Position numbers and translations under genes: made by a program. Below, piece by piece: positions 41,540-55,358 of a DNA stretch of 64,000 nucleotides. This DNA comes from Eledone cirrhosa. Taxonomy: Eukaryota. Position 1 is the stretch's first letter; the number at the start of each line of letters is the position of its first letter. The notes beneath the pieces are model-generated. The model saw nothing but the letters and a program-made list of their open reading frames with translations, did no database searches and was not told the DNA's origin. Location: assembly GCA_964016885.1 (NCBI GenBank), contig OZ024758.1, forward strand, positions 14,260,001 through 14,324,000, in the 5' to 3' direction.

Positions 41540-43000
41540 TTATATCATTGGCGCTTTCCCTCTCGATTAACCATGTGCAACTTCTACATAGAAAGTCTAC
41601 CTGTTACCCCACTACATTTCTTCTGTATCCAGTATTTATATTGTGTACATCGTATGGAGTTTGTCTACTCCTTTTATATATACTAAACATGGCTATTTCC
41701 CCGAGGGAATCATGTTTCTATCTTTTTCCCTAGTTACTAGCATTTTAGTTTTGGGTAAGTTTACTCTCAGACCTTTTGATTCCAAATTTTGTTTCCATTG
41801 TCGGAATTTGTTCACTAGTTCTTTTATAGATTCAGTAATAAGGCCCAAATCATCTGCTTAAAGAAGTTCCCATGGACAACCAGTCTTACACTTCTCTGTA
41901 ATAGCCTGGAGAACTATGAGAAATAGTAGTGGGCTAAGAACCGAACCCTGATGGACTCCTACTTGTACCTTGAATTCCTCATTAAACTCACTTCCTACTC
42001 TTACTTTACTGACAGCTCCTCTGTACACGTCTTGCACTGCTCTCACAGACCATTCTTTTACACCTAATATCCTTAAGGATCACCAGATAATAGATCGAGG
42101 TACTCTGTCAAAGGCCTTTTCTAGATCAACAAAAGCTGAAGACAGCGGCTTATTGTTGGCTAGAAACTTATCTTGTAGTTGCCTCACTAAAAAGAGGGCA
42201 TCTGTACTTTCATGACTTGGTTCATTAGTTTTATTCCTCTATAGTTGCTCTTTTCAAAAGCATCACCTTTGCTCTGGCAACAATTTATGATTGAACTGCT
42301 GCCCAGTCATTGGATATGACTCCGTCCTGTATTACCTGATTTATTATAAGGGTTACTAGTTTGAATTTTAACATCTCAGCAACTATCTCTGACAGTCCCA
42401 CAGCTTTACTAGTCTTCATTTCCTTAATTGCTTCTTTAACCCTATAACTGTCAACTTGAATAGCTGGTCCCTCATAATAACATTTCCAGGCCTCTTTCTT
42501 TTGAGCATCAATGGTGCTAAGTACACCGGGATAATTTATAACACACTTTTCTCCAACTACATCCCCATTCACACTGACACACGGCCTTGCGATGCGTCAC
42601 CACGCCGCAAGACGTTGGCAAACTTTCTTTCTTCAGCCTTTCTCCGAGCTGCGTATAAAAATGCTTCCAAAACTCATGGGAGCTGTGTTGTTTTCTGACT
42701 TAGTCATCATGTCCACGGGCGTTAGATATACTGTCCAACAAATCCATTGAAGTCTCTTTCATCAATATTGAGGTTGTCAGTAATAGTTCCTCATAGAACC
42801 TGTCTTTTTGTTCTTTATTCAGTCCTGCCTGTGGTTCATGGGTAGATAAATGCAAATGTCAACATTCTATTTCCTACAGCTATTCTAAGCTTGATAATTC
42901 TGTCACTTACTCTAACTACCTCTATCACCTTATCTATCTATTTCTCAGCAAACAGAGTGCCTACACCACCTACCTCATCCTCGTTTCCGACAGGTATAGA
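41540..43000 (-). mobile_element. Degenerate, internally deleted RTE LINE copy
   Basis: KVQVGVHQGSVLSPLLFLIVLQAITEKCKTGCPWELL, DVVGEKCV..QKKEAWKCY; many stops and frameshifts. Confidence 0.88.
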
Positions 43001-43230
43001 GGTAATTTCCGTTAATAACACGTAAAACAAGAAAACTCGTAGAGGTATGCCTACCCCATCATCTCCATTTTCCTGGGAAAAAAAGTCGATTGCGACCATC
43101 TGTGAGGTCAGATTAGTTGATAGCACACGAACCCCCCCCCTCTCTCTATATATATATATAGAGAGAGAGAGAGGGAATACTAGTTATGGAATACTGTTAG
43201 CTTATCGCTAAAACAATTTCTATACCTTTC

Positions 43231-43265
<35 letters not shown>

Positions 43266-43271
<6 letters not shown>

Positions 43272-43427
43272 TGTAATAAACAACATAAGATAATTAATTC
43301 ATTTACCAGTGGTTTCTTGAAGACATATTTATATTTGTCTTCAGTCGACTGAAGACAGATATAAATATGTCTTCAAGAAACCACTGGTAAATGAATTAAT
43401 TATCTTATGTTGTTTATTACATAACTA
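43266..43427. repeat. Palindrome with 81-bp arms and no loop; probable Penelope-like terminus
   Basis: Centre gtc|gac at 43346/43347; contains ctgaaga...gaaaccactggta. Confidence 0.9.
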
Positions 43428-43770
43428 AAAAGCTCTGTAGCCTACATAGAGCACTCTCTTTTCCTTTACCTTTCCTACGGAAACACTTCATATATATATA
43501 TATATATATATTCAGGTTTGAGGTTTACCACTGGATAGAGCTGGATCCAGCCTCCTGTCATTTCATTATAATATATATATTAAAGGGCGATGGATTGGCA
43601 GTATCGGTAGAGGGTCGGACGCCATGCTTTCCAGCATAGTTACGTCCCTTTACGATCTGAGTTCAAATCCCGCCGAGGTTGACTTTGCCTTTCATCCTTA
43701 CGGGGTCGATAAAATAAAGTACCAGTAATGCACTGGGTAATTGCTGGCCTTGTGCCTAAAGTAGAAACAA

Positions 43771-43803
<33 letters not shown>

Positions 43804-43877
43804 ATGGACAAATTTGAACAGGAACAAAACAAAATGTTTATTAATTTCACGCTCTGGAGAGTGGGGTGGTGGTGGGG

Positions 43878-43912
43878 AACGATGTTTCGGGCATAAGCCC
43901 TTCCTCAGGTGA
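43878..43912 (-). ncRNA. Hammerhead ribozyme-like core
   Basis: CUGAGGA-A-gggc(uuau)gccc-GAAAC-auc-GUU; stem I not evident. Confidence 0.55.
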
Positions 43913-44034
43913 GAAGTGTGTGGGAACAGAGTTCAAAGGGTGTGTAGGGGAGTGGTGGAGAGACATATAGCGAAAGAAAACGGTGCGAATGAAATTAAAA
44001 ATAAAAATAAAGCATGATCAAAATACAAGGAATG

Positions 44035-44115
<81 letters not shown>

Positions 44116-44479
44116 AAAGTACATTAGATAGATAGATAAAGTTACCATAAGATTGATAGATAGTGATAGATGAAGAAGAAACACAAAAAAAGAAAACTAG
44201 CGGCGGAGGATATTGTGATAGGAGAGTGAGATAATTGTTTCTATTTTTGGCACAAGGCCAGCAATTACCCCAGTGTATTACTGGTACTTTATTTTATCGA
44301 CCCCGAAAGGATGAAAGGCAAAGTTAACCTCGGCGAGATTTGAACTCAGTCCGTAAAGGGACGTAACTGTACTGGAAAGCATGGCGTCCGCCTCTCTACC
44401 GATATTGCCAATCCACCGAGTGAGATAATGATGAGATATCAATTACAGGGGGGGGGGGACTAAACGGGAAAGAGGAAAG

Positions 44480-45810
44480 AGAAAGAAGGTCGAGTAATAG
44501 ATAGAGTGAGGTACGAAAAAGAACAGAGAGGAAGGAAATAGAAAGAAGGAGAAAGATGAGATAGAGAGAGATAAGAAGGAAGCGAGAGAGATAAGAAGGA
44601 AGAGAGAGAAAAGCAGAGAGAGAGAGAGATAAGAAGGAAGAGAGAGAAAAGCAGAGAGAGAGAGATAAGAAGGAAGAGAGAGAAAGGCAGAGAGAGAGAG
44701 ATAAGAAGGAAGAGAGAGAAAGGCAGAGAGAGAGAGATAGGAAGGAAGAGAGAGAAAAGCAGAGAGCTGTAGAGCAACGCGAAGAAGGGAGGAGAGGGAA
44801 AGCTAGAGTGAGAATAATATGAGAGGGGTGAGGGTAGACAACAGGAGAAATAATATGATCTTGAGAGAGAGGGAGTTACGGAAAGAGGAGAGACAGAGAG
44901 AGAGAGGGAGTTACGGAAAGGGAAGAGACAGAGGGAGGAGCAGCTACGGAAAGGGGAGAGAGAGAGAGAGAAAGAGGGAGAGAGGAGAGGGCCATCTACG
45001 GAAGGAGAGAGAGAGAGAGAGAGAGAGGAGAGGGCCATCTACGGAAGGAGAGAGAGAGAGAGAGAGGAGAGAGCCATCTACGGAAGGAGAGAGAGAGAGG
45101 AAGCTATAGAAACGAGACAGAGAGAGGGCGGGAGCTACGGAAAGGGAAGAGAGAGAGAGAGGGAGGGAGCTATAGAAACGAGAGAGAAGGGGGAGCTTCG
45201 GAAATGGGAGGAGAGAGGGAGAGAGGAAGTTACGGAAAGAGGAGAGACAGAGGGGGAGCTACGGAAATGGGAGGAGAGTGGGAGTTGAAAGGAGTAAAAG
45301 GGAGAGAAGGGAAGCGAAAGGGAGAGAGAAAAGAGAGTATAAAAGATAGAGTATAGAACAGAGAGAAAGAAAGTGACAGACAACCAGGAAGAACGAGAGA
45401 GATGATGAAAGACTAAACAGAGAGAAAGAGCAGAAGGTAGGGAGTATAAAGGAGAAAAAGAGGGAAAGGAAGGAAGATAAGGAGGTATGGTGGTAGGGGG
45501 AAAACGGAAGTGATGAGAAAAAAGGTGAGAGAGGGGAGGAAGCGAGGGAGGGAGGAAAATGGGTGGAAAGAGAGAGAGGGAGAAACAGTGGGGGAAGGAA
45601 GGGAGATAAGGAAAGAGAAAGATGATGAGATGCAGGCAGAGAGAGAGGAAGAAAGGCAGGTAACGAGAGAGAGAGACAGGAAGAGAAGCAGGTAACGAGA
45701 GAGAGAGAAAGGAAGAGGGGGCTGGGGGAGAGAGAGAGAGAGAAGGATAGTGAGGAAGAAAGAGGAAGAGAGGAGAAAAGCGGAAGAGATCTGAGAAATA
45801 AAAAAAAGGT
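44480..45810. repeat. Polypurine (AG-rich) low-complexity region
   Basis: Strong purine skew with short internal tandem units. Confidence 0.88.
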
Positions 45811-46334
45811 GGCAGAGTTTTTTTGAACGACGGCTTTTATGCTTACAGGCAATTGGTCCCTCTTCCGCCCAAGATCTGCTGTCGCTGCCTAGCAGAACTA
45901 TAGACAGACATGCTTCATACAGACAGACAGACATACTACATACAGATACTACTCTCTCTCTATCTATATATATATATAGGTTGTCCCCCTAAAAATGTAT
46001 ACATATATTTATTAGAATGCTGTTGAAGTGTGCATATAATTTTTGGGGACACCCTGTGATATATATATATTGCTTTAGCCACTCACTGACTCACGTTCTA
46101 CTTTTTAGCTAGTTTATTAAATATTCACGTTTTCTTTCTACCTCTGTGTGTGTGTGTTAATGTGTATGAAAATGGTTATGTACGTGTGTATGGAGGATGG
46201 GTGGATGAATATATACAGGGTGTCCCCCCCCCCCCCCCCCTAAATATATATATACATTATTTTGATTAGAATGCTGTCGAAGTGTATATACATATTTGGG
46301 GGACACTGTGTGTGTGTGTATATATTATATAATA

Positions 46335-46369
<35 letters not shown>

Positions 46370-46611
46370 GTGTGTGTGTGCGCGCGTTTGTTTATGTGCA
46401 TATATGTATCTTTGCACATACATACGTACGTATGTACTTACGAGTAGATAGACCGTCATCACTCTTTGACGTCCATTTTTCCACGTTAGCATGGGTTAGA
46501 CGAGTTGTTCTGTTGTGAGACAAGCCAGGTCAGATGACTGTCGCTAGCTTACACTGGACCGAGTTAGGCTTGGTTTCTACAGCTGGATGACCTTCCTAAC
46601 GCCACCCACAT

Positions 46612-47885
46612 TTATACAGTGTGGACTGGGTGCTTTTTGTTGTGACACCTATACAACCACTTTACAGTGTGGACTGGGTGCTTTTTGTTGTGACACCTAT
46701 ACAACCACTTTACAGTATGGACTGGGTGCTTTTTGTTGTGACACCTATACAACCACTTTACAGTGTGGACAGGGTGCTTTTTGGTGTGACACTTATACAA
46801 CCACTTTACAGTGTGGACTGGGTGCTTTTTGTTGTGACACCTATACAACCACTTTACAGTGTGGACTGGGTGCTTTTTGTTGTGACACCTATACAACCAC
46901 TTTACAGTGTGGACAGGGTGCTTTTTGTTGTGACACCTATACAACCACTTTACAGTGTGGACTGGGTGCTTTTTGTTGTGACACCTATACAACCACTTTA
47001 CAGTGTGGACAGTGTGCTTTTTGTTGTGACACCTATACAACCACTTTACAGTGTGGACTGGGTGCTTTTTGTTGTGACACCTATACAACCACTTTACAGT
47101 GTGGACTGGGTGCTTTTTGTTTGTGACACCTATACAACCACTTTACAGTGTGGACTGGGTGCTTTTTGTTGTGACACCTATACAACCACTTTACAGTGTG
47201 GACAGGGTGCTTTTTGTTGCGACACCTATACAACCACTTTACAGTGTGGACAGGGTGCTTTTTGTTGCGACACCTATACAACCACTTTACAGTGTGGACT
47301 GGGTGCTTTTTGTTGTGACACCTATACAACCACTTTACAGTATGGACTGGGTGCTTTTTGTTGTGACACCTATACAACCACTTTACAGTGTGGACAGGGT
47401 GCTTTTTGGTGTGACACTTATACAACCACTTTACAGTGTGGACTGGGTGCTTTTTGTTGTGACACCTATACAACCACTTTACAGTGTGGACAGGGTGCTT
47501 TTTGGTGTGACACTTATACAACCACTTTACAGTGTGGACAGGGTGCTTTTTGGTGTGACACTTATACAACCACTTTACAGTGTGGACAGGGTGCTTTTTG
47601 TTGTGACACCTATACAACCACTTTACAGTGTGGACAGGGTGCTTTTTGTTTGTGACACCTATACAACCACTTTACAGTGTGGACAGGGTGCTTTTTGTTT
47701 GTGACACCTATACAACCACTTTACAGTGCGGACTGGGTGCTTTTTGTTGACACCTATACAACCACTTTACAGTGTGGACTGGGTGCTTTTTGTTGTGACA
47801 CCTATACAACCACTTTACAGTGTGGACTGGGTGCTTTTTGTTGTGACACTTATACAACCACTTTACAGTGTGGACAGGGTGCTTT
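46612..47885. repeat. 48-bp minisatellite, about 26 copies, derived from an RTE 5'UTR-like segment
   Basis: Unit ttacagtgtggactgggtgctttttgttgtgacacctatacaaccact; continues directly from the element at 46456-46640. Confidence 0.95.
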
Positions 47886-48799
47886 AAGCTACAACCTTCA
47901 CCGAATCTCAGTTAAGTGTGCATGTGTCTGTGGAATACTCAGCCACTTGCATATTAATTATACAACAGTATGTTCTTTTAATCAAACAACTGTAATACTG
48001 ATCTTTGAGATCAACAGAGTATTCCATTCTTACAACCATTGTATAAACGTTTTCAACAAGTACCACCATTATTTAACGTCCATTCAATGTTTAGACTGGT
48101 TGTCACATTATCAGACAAATAAGATCAGGAGACCAAGACTTGCTCCAATGGGTCTGTATTTCAGCTTGGATTCTATAGCTAGATGCCCTTCCCAACATTA
48201 ACCATGTTACAGTAAGAACTAGGTGGTTTTTCATTGGCATCAGCACAGTCACTTTACAGGGTGGACAGGGTACTTTTTGTCATGTCATCGAAATGACCAT
48301 TCTAAGAGGGTGGAATGGGTGCCTTTTGTCGTGTCACCAGCATAACCAGTGCGGACTGGGTGCTTTTTATCATGTTACCAACACAACAATCTTAACCAAA
48401 AAATTTGCAAACCCCGCAATTCTACATATCAAGTTACCTTAGCACAAGTAATTGGAATTGAAAGGTTATAAATACAGGTATTAAATGCAAAAATTTTAAC
48501 CATCCTAAAACTAAAAAGCCCAGCTGAGGGCACAAATAAGTAGCTATAGCTGTTGCTTGTGGGGCCCTGGGGCAACTTCCCCCTTTACCCTGCTCCCCAT
48601 TAAATCTGGTCCTAGTCACAGTGTCTATACTGGTAGCCAGGTCCTTTGTAGTACAGTAAATCACTGGTCAAATTGATCCTGTTTCATCTTCTGTGAGGTT
48701 CAGTTTCCTGAGATCATTCTTCACAACTTCATCCTAAGTCTACCTTGATCTACCTCTACCACAGGCCCCATCTACTTCAAGTACTCAGCACTTTATGTC

Positions 48800-49325
48800 A
48801 TAATAATGATAATAATAATAATGAAATTATTGTATAGTGCTCAGGTGCACTACAACTCATCAAAGGTGCATGTATAGCACATAGAATAATGTTCAAATGT
48901 CAGGAAAGTGAACAGTGTATGAGTCATGATATACATGTACGCGTGTGTATGGAGGGGGGATATCAGGCATGTTGTTGGCAAATTTCAGGAAACATGGAGG
49001 TTTTAAAGGATGCAGTGTCTCAACAGCTAACAACTGATGCAGGTAGTTTGTTCCATGCTTCAGCAACCCTGCAAGTGAAAAAAATGCTTCCAAAAGTCAT
49101 GGGAGCTGTGCTGTTTTCTGCCTTTGTATACAAGCTCACGTGTGTTAGACACACGGAATTCAAAAAGGTGCTCAGGGTTGTTGTTGGCAAGATGGTTAAT
49201 AATTTTGTGGGTGTCTACCAAGTCAGTTGCCAGACTTTGGAGCTTTAATGCATCCATGCCCAGCGAAGCAAGGCGTTCAGAGTATGGTAGATGTCTCTGA
49301 ACAGTTTCCAGGTCAATGTTCTGAG
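48800..49325 (-). mobile_element. Second truncated copy of the CR1-like LINE
   Basis: HLPYSERLASLGMDALKLQ..RKQHSSHDFWKHFF; shorter tail pieces near 545-620, 12575-13055, 19140-19230, 58954-59160. Confidence 0.85.
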
Positions 49326-50049
49326 TGCATCTGTTTGACAACTGATTTGTCAAACATTAACAAAAATAAGTTAGACAGGTGAGGCGGTGCAGTTGCCATG
49401 ACCTTTGCAAATATTGTGTTTCTACTTTTGGCACAAGACCAGAAATTACCCCAGTACATTACTGATACTTTATTTTATCGATGCCATAAGAGAACTATCT
49501 CTCTGAAAATTATAAGCAATTTTGGGTGTTAACTGGCTTGCCAATGTATACAGTGAGTTTATTTGCGAGATTATATAAATATTTCTACTTTTAGCACAAG
49601 GCCAGCAATTATCCCCAGTGCATTAGTGGTACTTCATTTTATCAACCTCGTAAGGATGAAAGGCAAAGTTAACCTCAGCAGGATTTGAACTCAGAACGTA
49701 AAAGGCCAAAACTCCATGCTTGCAAAGCATGGTGTTTGAGACTCTACCGATACTGCCAATAAAACTCAAAACACTCTCCCAACCATTAATAACACTAGAA
49801 GGCGGGGGCATGAAACAAATAAATAAATAAAGGCGAAAGACAAAATACAAATTTAGTAAGTTATTTTATTTCAAAATGATAAACAAACATTTCTATAATT
49901 GCTCTGCAAAATGCAGCTGAAAATTGTTGAAAACCACCCTGGAAACAGCTTGCATGGCTGTTAAAATACCCCCCAAATAATGGATGATTGTGTCACAAGT
50001 CAATATATTCTACTTTACAAAGGTAGTTTACAAGTGAGTGTAACAGGTT

Positions 50050-50137
50050 AACATATATATATATATATCTATCCATTGGGAGCAATATATATATATACAT
50101 ATCAGCACATATACTTGGTCAATATACACATATATAT

Positions 50138-50172
<35 letters not shown>

Positions 50173-50740
50173 CCCATATATATATATATATACATATACA
50201 CATATACAAACATACATATATATATATATACCCATATATATACATATACATATACACATATACAAACATACATATATATATATATATACCCATATATATA
50301 CACATATACAAACATACATATATATATATATACCTATATATATACACACATATACAAACATACATATACAAACATACATATATATATATATATATATATA
50401 CAAACATACATATATATAGACATATACACATATACAAACATACATATATATAGACATATACAAACATACATATATATAGACATATACAAACATACATATA
50501 TATATAGACATATACAAACATACATATATATAGACATATACAAACATACATATATATAGACATATACAAACATACATATATATAGACATATACAAACATA
50601 CATATATATAGACATATACACACATACATATATATAGACATACACACACATATACATATATATAAACACACACACACAAATGAGACTAATGTACATATAT
50701 ATAACATACATGTGAGTATATATATATGGATATATAAACA
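50050..50740. repeat. TA/CA-rich compound micro/minisatellite
   Basis: Unit like gacatatacaaacatacatatatata. Confidence 0.88.
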
Positions 50741-51082
50741 TTTACATAAATCAATACAGTTTACATGATTTAAAATTTCTAATAATATAAATACTTTCAA
50801 TGTAGCAAAGTAGTAGTAATAAGATCAAAACATTGTCTTCTGTACCATATTATCAATCCCTGTGGTTTATAAAATGGCAAAATTTTACAAGCAAAAGCAT
50901 TTTTACATATTTTTCCAAAAGAAAATATCAAAAGTGTAAATCCCATCCAAAGAAACATGAAAAAAAGGATGAAAAAAAATGTACAAGAAAGAACAAAATC
51001 CTTTATATATAAGGTGAATAAATCTAATCTTACTAACTTCTTAGCAGGATTCCTACTTTAAACAATACTAAGTAATAGAGAG

Positions 51083-51431
51083 TCATCATTTCATTTCATC
51101 ATTTCATTTTTACGCCCGCTTTTCCCTGCTTGCAAGGGTGGGACAGGAACTGATTCTGGCTTGATTTCTACAGCTGGATGCCCTTCCTAACACCAACCTC
51201 ATTTACAGTGAGTGCTGGGTGCTTTTTTGCCGTGGCACCTCCACGACCACTTTGCAGTGGAATGATAGGGACCCCAGTCCCTATCATCTCATTTCTACAG
51301 CTGAGTAAACTGGAGCAATGTGAAATAAAGTGTCTTGCTCAAGGAAACAACACATCACCCGGTCTGAGAGTTGAACTCACAACCTTTCGATTGCAAGGCC
51401 AATGCTCTAACCACTAAGCCATGTGCCTCCA
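51083..51431 (-). mobile_element. tRNA/RTE SINE copy
   Basis: Reverse complement of the 18381 copy. Confidence 0.85.
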
Positions 51432-51569
51432 GTGTGTAACTTTTAAGATATTTTGAAATGAAAGGATGGAGATTAATACACAAAAGATAGAGTTTGGAGA
51501 GATGTCACTTTCTCCTTCAGAATTGATAAAGTTTCTATTATTGAGAAATTGGTGGTAGGTCTGGATAAT

Positions 51570-51835
51570 AATTGGTCAAAGACAATGATAGCATCTCAAT
51601 TGAACTGGTCAGAGAGAATGGTGGCTTCACATTTGAACTGGTCAGAGACAACAAAGGCTTCACATTTGAACTGGTCAGAGGGAATGGTGGCTTCATATTT
51701 GAACTGGTCAGAGACAATGGCGATATTACATTTGAACTGGTCAGAGACAACAATGGCTTCACATTTGAACTGGTCAGATCAATCGTGGCTTCACATTTGA
51801 ACTGGTCAGAGACAATGGTGGCTTCACATTTGAAA
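51570..51835. repeat. Degenerate 33-bp tandem repeat
   Basis: Unit tcacatttgaactggtcagagacaatggtggct, about 8 copies. Confidence 0.85.
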
Positions 51836-52209
51836 ACAGGTTTTAGGGATTCAAACTCACACACACACAGACAGAAATCCTCAGTTTTATATATATAGAT
51901 TACATTTTCATGGTAAAGGCTTTACCTCACATAATATTGAATCTATGAGATTTTGATAACAATACCTCAACAACAATATGACCAGCCAGTTACGGCTGGT
52001 TTAAACAGAAAGAGGTGAGAGAAGTCTGGTCGGATATGGCCGGTTTAAATGCTAAAGGGTTAAACAACTGGCAAAACTACTTTTTAACTTCACTGGTTAA
52101 AAACTTCCATTGGTCTATAATGAATCGCGTGATTGAATTATATCAAAACATCTGATCAGTTTCTAGACCAAAACATTCAATATATGACAATACAAAGGTC
52201 AGTTATCAA

Positions 52210-52425
52210 TTAACCCTTTAGTATTTACATTACTCTATATTTACTTTTATATTTTCATGGGAAAGGCTTTATCTCACATAGTATCGAATCTATGAGATTT
52301 TGATATTATTTATTTTGAGAACAATACCTTAACGTCGGTATGAGCGACCGGTTGCAGCTGGTTTGAACAGAAAGAGGTGAGAGAATTCTGACTATATACA
52401 GCCAGTTTAAATGCTAAAGGGTTAA
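52210..52425. mobile_element. Unexpanded ~210-bp copy of the TTAA MITE
   Basis: ttaaccctttag...ctaaagggttaa; other copies near 8254, 12006, 19121, 28190, 33512, 51900, 53097, 60760, 62125. Confidence 0.8.
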
Positions 52426-53133
52426 ACATGCACTAAGATACTGACAATGTTTTAGATTGTTAAGAAGAACAACAGGAGGTTCCAAGACAGGATTTTGGTC
52501 AATCAGGAACCCTTCTATCATATGAAAAAGTAAATTGGCAAGATGGGCAAAACATTTTAGTAAAGGCCTAATAAACAAACCTGCTGCAACTATCCCAGTG
52601 TAGACATTCCTTTTCGAGACCCACCCACCCCATCCCTATAAGTACACTGAAGTTCACATATGTTAGAGAGAGGACATTATTAAAACCTTCAGGAACAACA
52701 AGCCATCGAGTGTGAACAGAATCAACCCTGAAATACAGTTAAGTTGGAGAGGAAATTATCATATAGTAGTTATAGTGTGACGGTAGGTAGTCTAGTGGTA
52801 AGGGTGTTGGACTTATGATATGTTAATTTCTGATGAGAAGAATTAAAAAAACAAAACATTGTGTGCTCACTGAAAGATAAAATATAATTCTAATTGTGAG
52901 CATAAGATAATATAAAACAACACCTCATACATTCCTGACCTTAGTAAACAACATATCAAACATGAACAACAATGGCGGCAGCAGCAGAAGCAAGCAATGC
53001 TTTTAACAGCAGGGGAAGACTTTTAGTAATCCAAGGAAGAAAATCCAAGAGAATTTCTTAAGAAATTTAACCATCACACTAAATGTCTTTTTACATTCAA
53101 CCCTTTAGCATTTACATTACTCTATATTTACTA

Positions 53134-54140
53134 CTAGCCGAATTACCCGTGCCTTGCTGATTGATTTTAATTAAGTGATATAATTTATGGAGAAAAACTC
53201 TGCATTTCAATATTACTCAATGTAAAATGTAATCAAAAATTGGAAAACATTAGTTTTTGTAATATATCAAATCAAAATTACATTATTAAATCTTATTCTT
53301 ATTTTGTTTCTTGTAAATAATTTTTTTCAAAATATCAATTCAAAACTTGATCATTTCATTTTTGTGTATAGCATTATTTTCAAATTAGAAATTCAAAGTT
53401 TAATTATTTATTTTTTAACATAATAAATACATGAAAATATATTTCATACTTTGTCCTAATGAAGAACTTCAGGGTAAACAACATTTCTTGTCTTTCTTTG
53501 ATTGGCTAAAATGTAGAGATTTTTTGAAGTTCCTGTCTTTGAAATAGCCATATAAAACATGCCATGACTGAAACATGGGTTTGTCAGATCTATAACAATC
53601 GTTTTGAAAGTTTGATCTTGACTTATTGATACGCATGGCAAAGCATGGCTTCACTGGGAACTGCAGTCTCTTAAATGTAAAAGGCAACTCGCTATCACTT
53701 GGTATAAGTGGAATCCTCGGAATGAGAAGAGCTTGACCTTTGTAAGCCCCAAATATAATGGTTGCTTCAATCAAGTTCTCATTCAATCTTGTTACAACAC
53801 ATCTTGTTCCATTTATTGGCCAAAATTTTCACTATAGGGGGTTTAACCCCCATTAGAGTGTCTTAATATTATTGAAATTTACTGATATTTTGTGAATAGG
53901 CATCATATCTTATCATTTACCTATCGTTTAAATTCATATAAATCGAAGGGAAAAAATTTTCAGCAGGTGTTTGTGCCCCCGGGGAACCCGTTGATTAAAA
54001 TGAAATATATTTATCCAAGTACCCTGGGCAATGTAGTTTCAGAATATATATGGTTTTGGAGGTCTATCTCCAAAACCATAGGAGGAGTTCGTGAACAAAC
54101 AAAAAAACAGACAGGAACTACAACTTTATATATATAGAGA
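53134..54140 (-). mobile_element. Non-autonomous Helitron with PIF1 helicase C-terminal remnant
   Basis: 5' TC at 54140, 3' CTAG at 53134, inserted between A and T with no TSD; LIPRIPLIPSDSELPFTFKRLQFPVKPCFAM.INKS, CFSHG, RNVVYPEVL. Confidence 0.92.
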
Positions 54141-54239
54141 TTGTATTTTCACAGTAAACATTTTATCTCACATAATATTCAATCTATGAGATTTAGATAT
54201 TATTTATTTTGAGAACAATACCTTAACATAAATACGAGC

Positions 54240-54750
54240 AGCTGGTTACAGCCAGTTTGAACAGAAAGAGGTGAGAGAATTCTGGCCAGTTTCAGCTGGT
54301 TTGAACAGAAAGAGGTGAGAGAATTCTGGCCAGTTACAGCTGGTTTGAACAGAAAAAGATGAGAGAATTTTGGCCGGTTACAGCTGGTTTGAACAGAAAG
54401 AGGTGAGAGAATTCTGGCTGGTTACAGCTGGTTTGAACAGAAAGAGGTGAGAGAATTCTGGCCGGTTACAGCTGGTTTGAACAGAAAGAGGTGAGAGAAT
54501 TCTGGTCGGTTACAGCTGGTTTGAACAGAAAGAGGTGAGAGAATTCTGGCCGGTTACAGCTGGTTTAAACAGAAAGAGGTGAGAGAATTCTGGCCGGTTA
54601 CAGCTGGTTTGAACAGAAAGAGGTGAGAGAATTCTGGCCGGTTACAGCTGGTTTGAACAGAACAGAAAGAGGTGAGAGAATTCTGGCCGGTTACAGCTGG
54701 TTTGAACAGAAAGAGGTGAGAGAATTCTGGCCGGATACGGCTGGTTTAAA
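54240..54750. repeat. 44-bp tandem array inside the TTAA MITE
   Basis: Unit gctggtttgaacagaaagaggtgagagaattctggccggttaca, about 11 copies. Confidence 0.92.
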
Positions 54751-55105
54751 AACTACGTAAATCTCATTGAAAGCTAGTTTACAGCCTGGTTCTTTTTGTA
54801 TGAATTGGACGGTGTGTTAATGAAAATAGTTGGTTCATGAAAAAGTTATGACTGTTTTTTTCTTCCCTTCCCCAGATACTTTTTTGAGTTACTTGGTCCA
54901 AGATTAAAATCTCATCACAGCTAATCCTGTCCCAGTGCAGTCAATATGATTGTAATATAACTTCCTTTGATTAACAGGATAATATATACCCTCTGCCCTG
55001 TTATTTTAAAGCTAAATACCCCAAGAAAGAAATGACCTACCCTGAAAATAGAAAATATATGAAATTGCAGACCCATTGGTACCATGGTGACCATATGCAT
55101 AAAGA

Positions 55106-55137
<32 letters not shown>

Positions 55138-55153
55138 TACATACATATACATA

Positions 55154-55200
<47 letters not shown>

Positions 55201-55358
55201 TTAGTTATACTATTTATGGTTATGTAAATACAAAACCTTATGCAGTTATAAGTATTTTACATACACCCTAAATAGTGGTAGGCAGTAATGTATTACTACC
55301 TTATTACCAGTAAGTTAAGTAGCTCAATGTAAAAACATCAGATGATTTACAGAGCAGT

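Noticed and set aside
46587-48201. Cys-rich repeat protein ORFs
   Set aside because: 48-bp TE-derived satellite with frameshifting units, open on both strands
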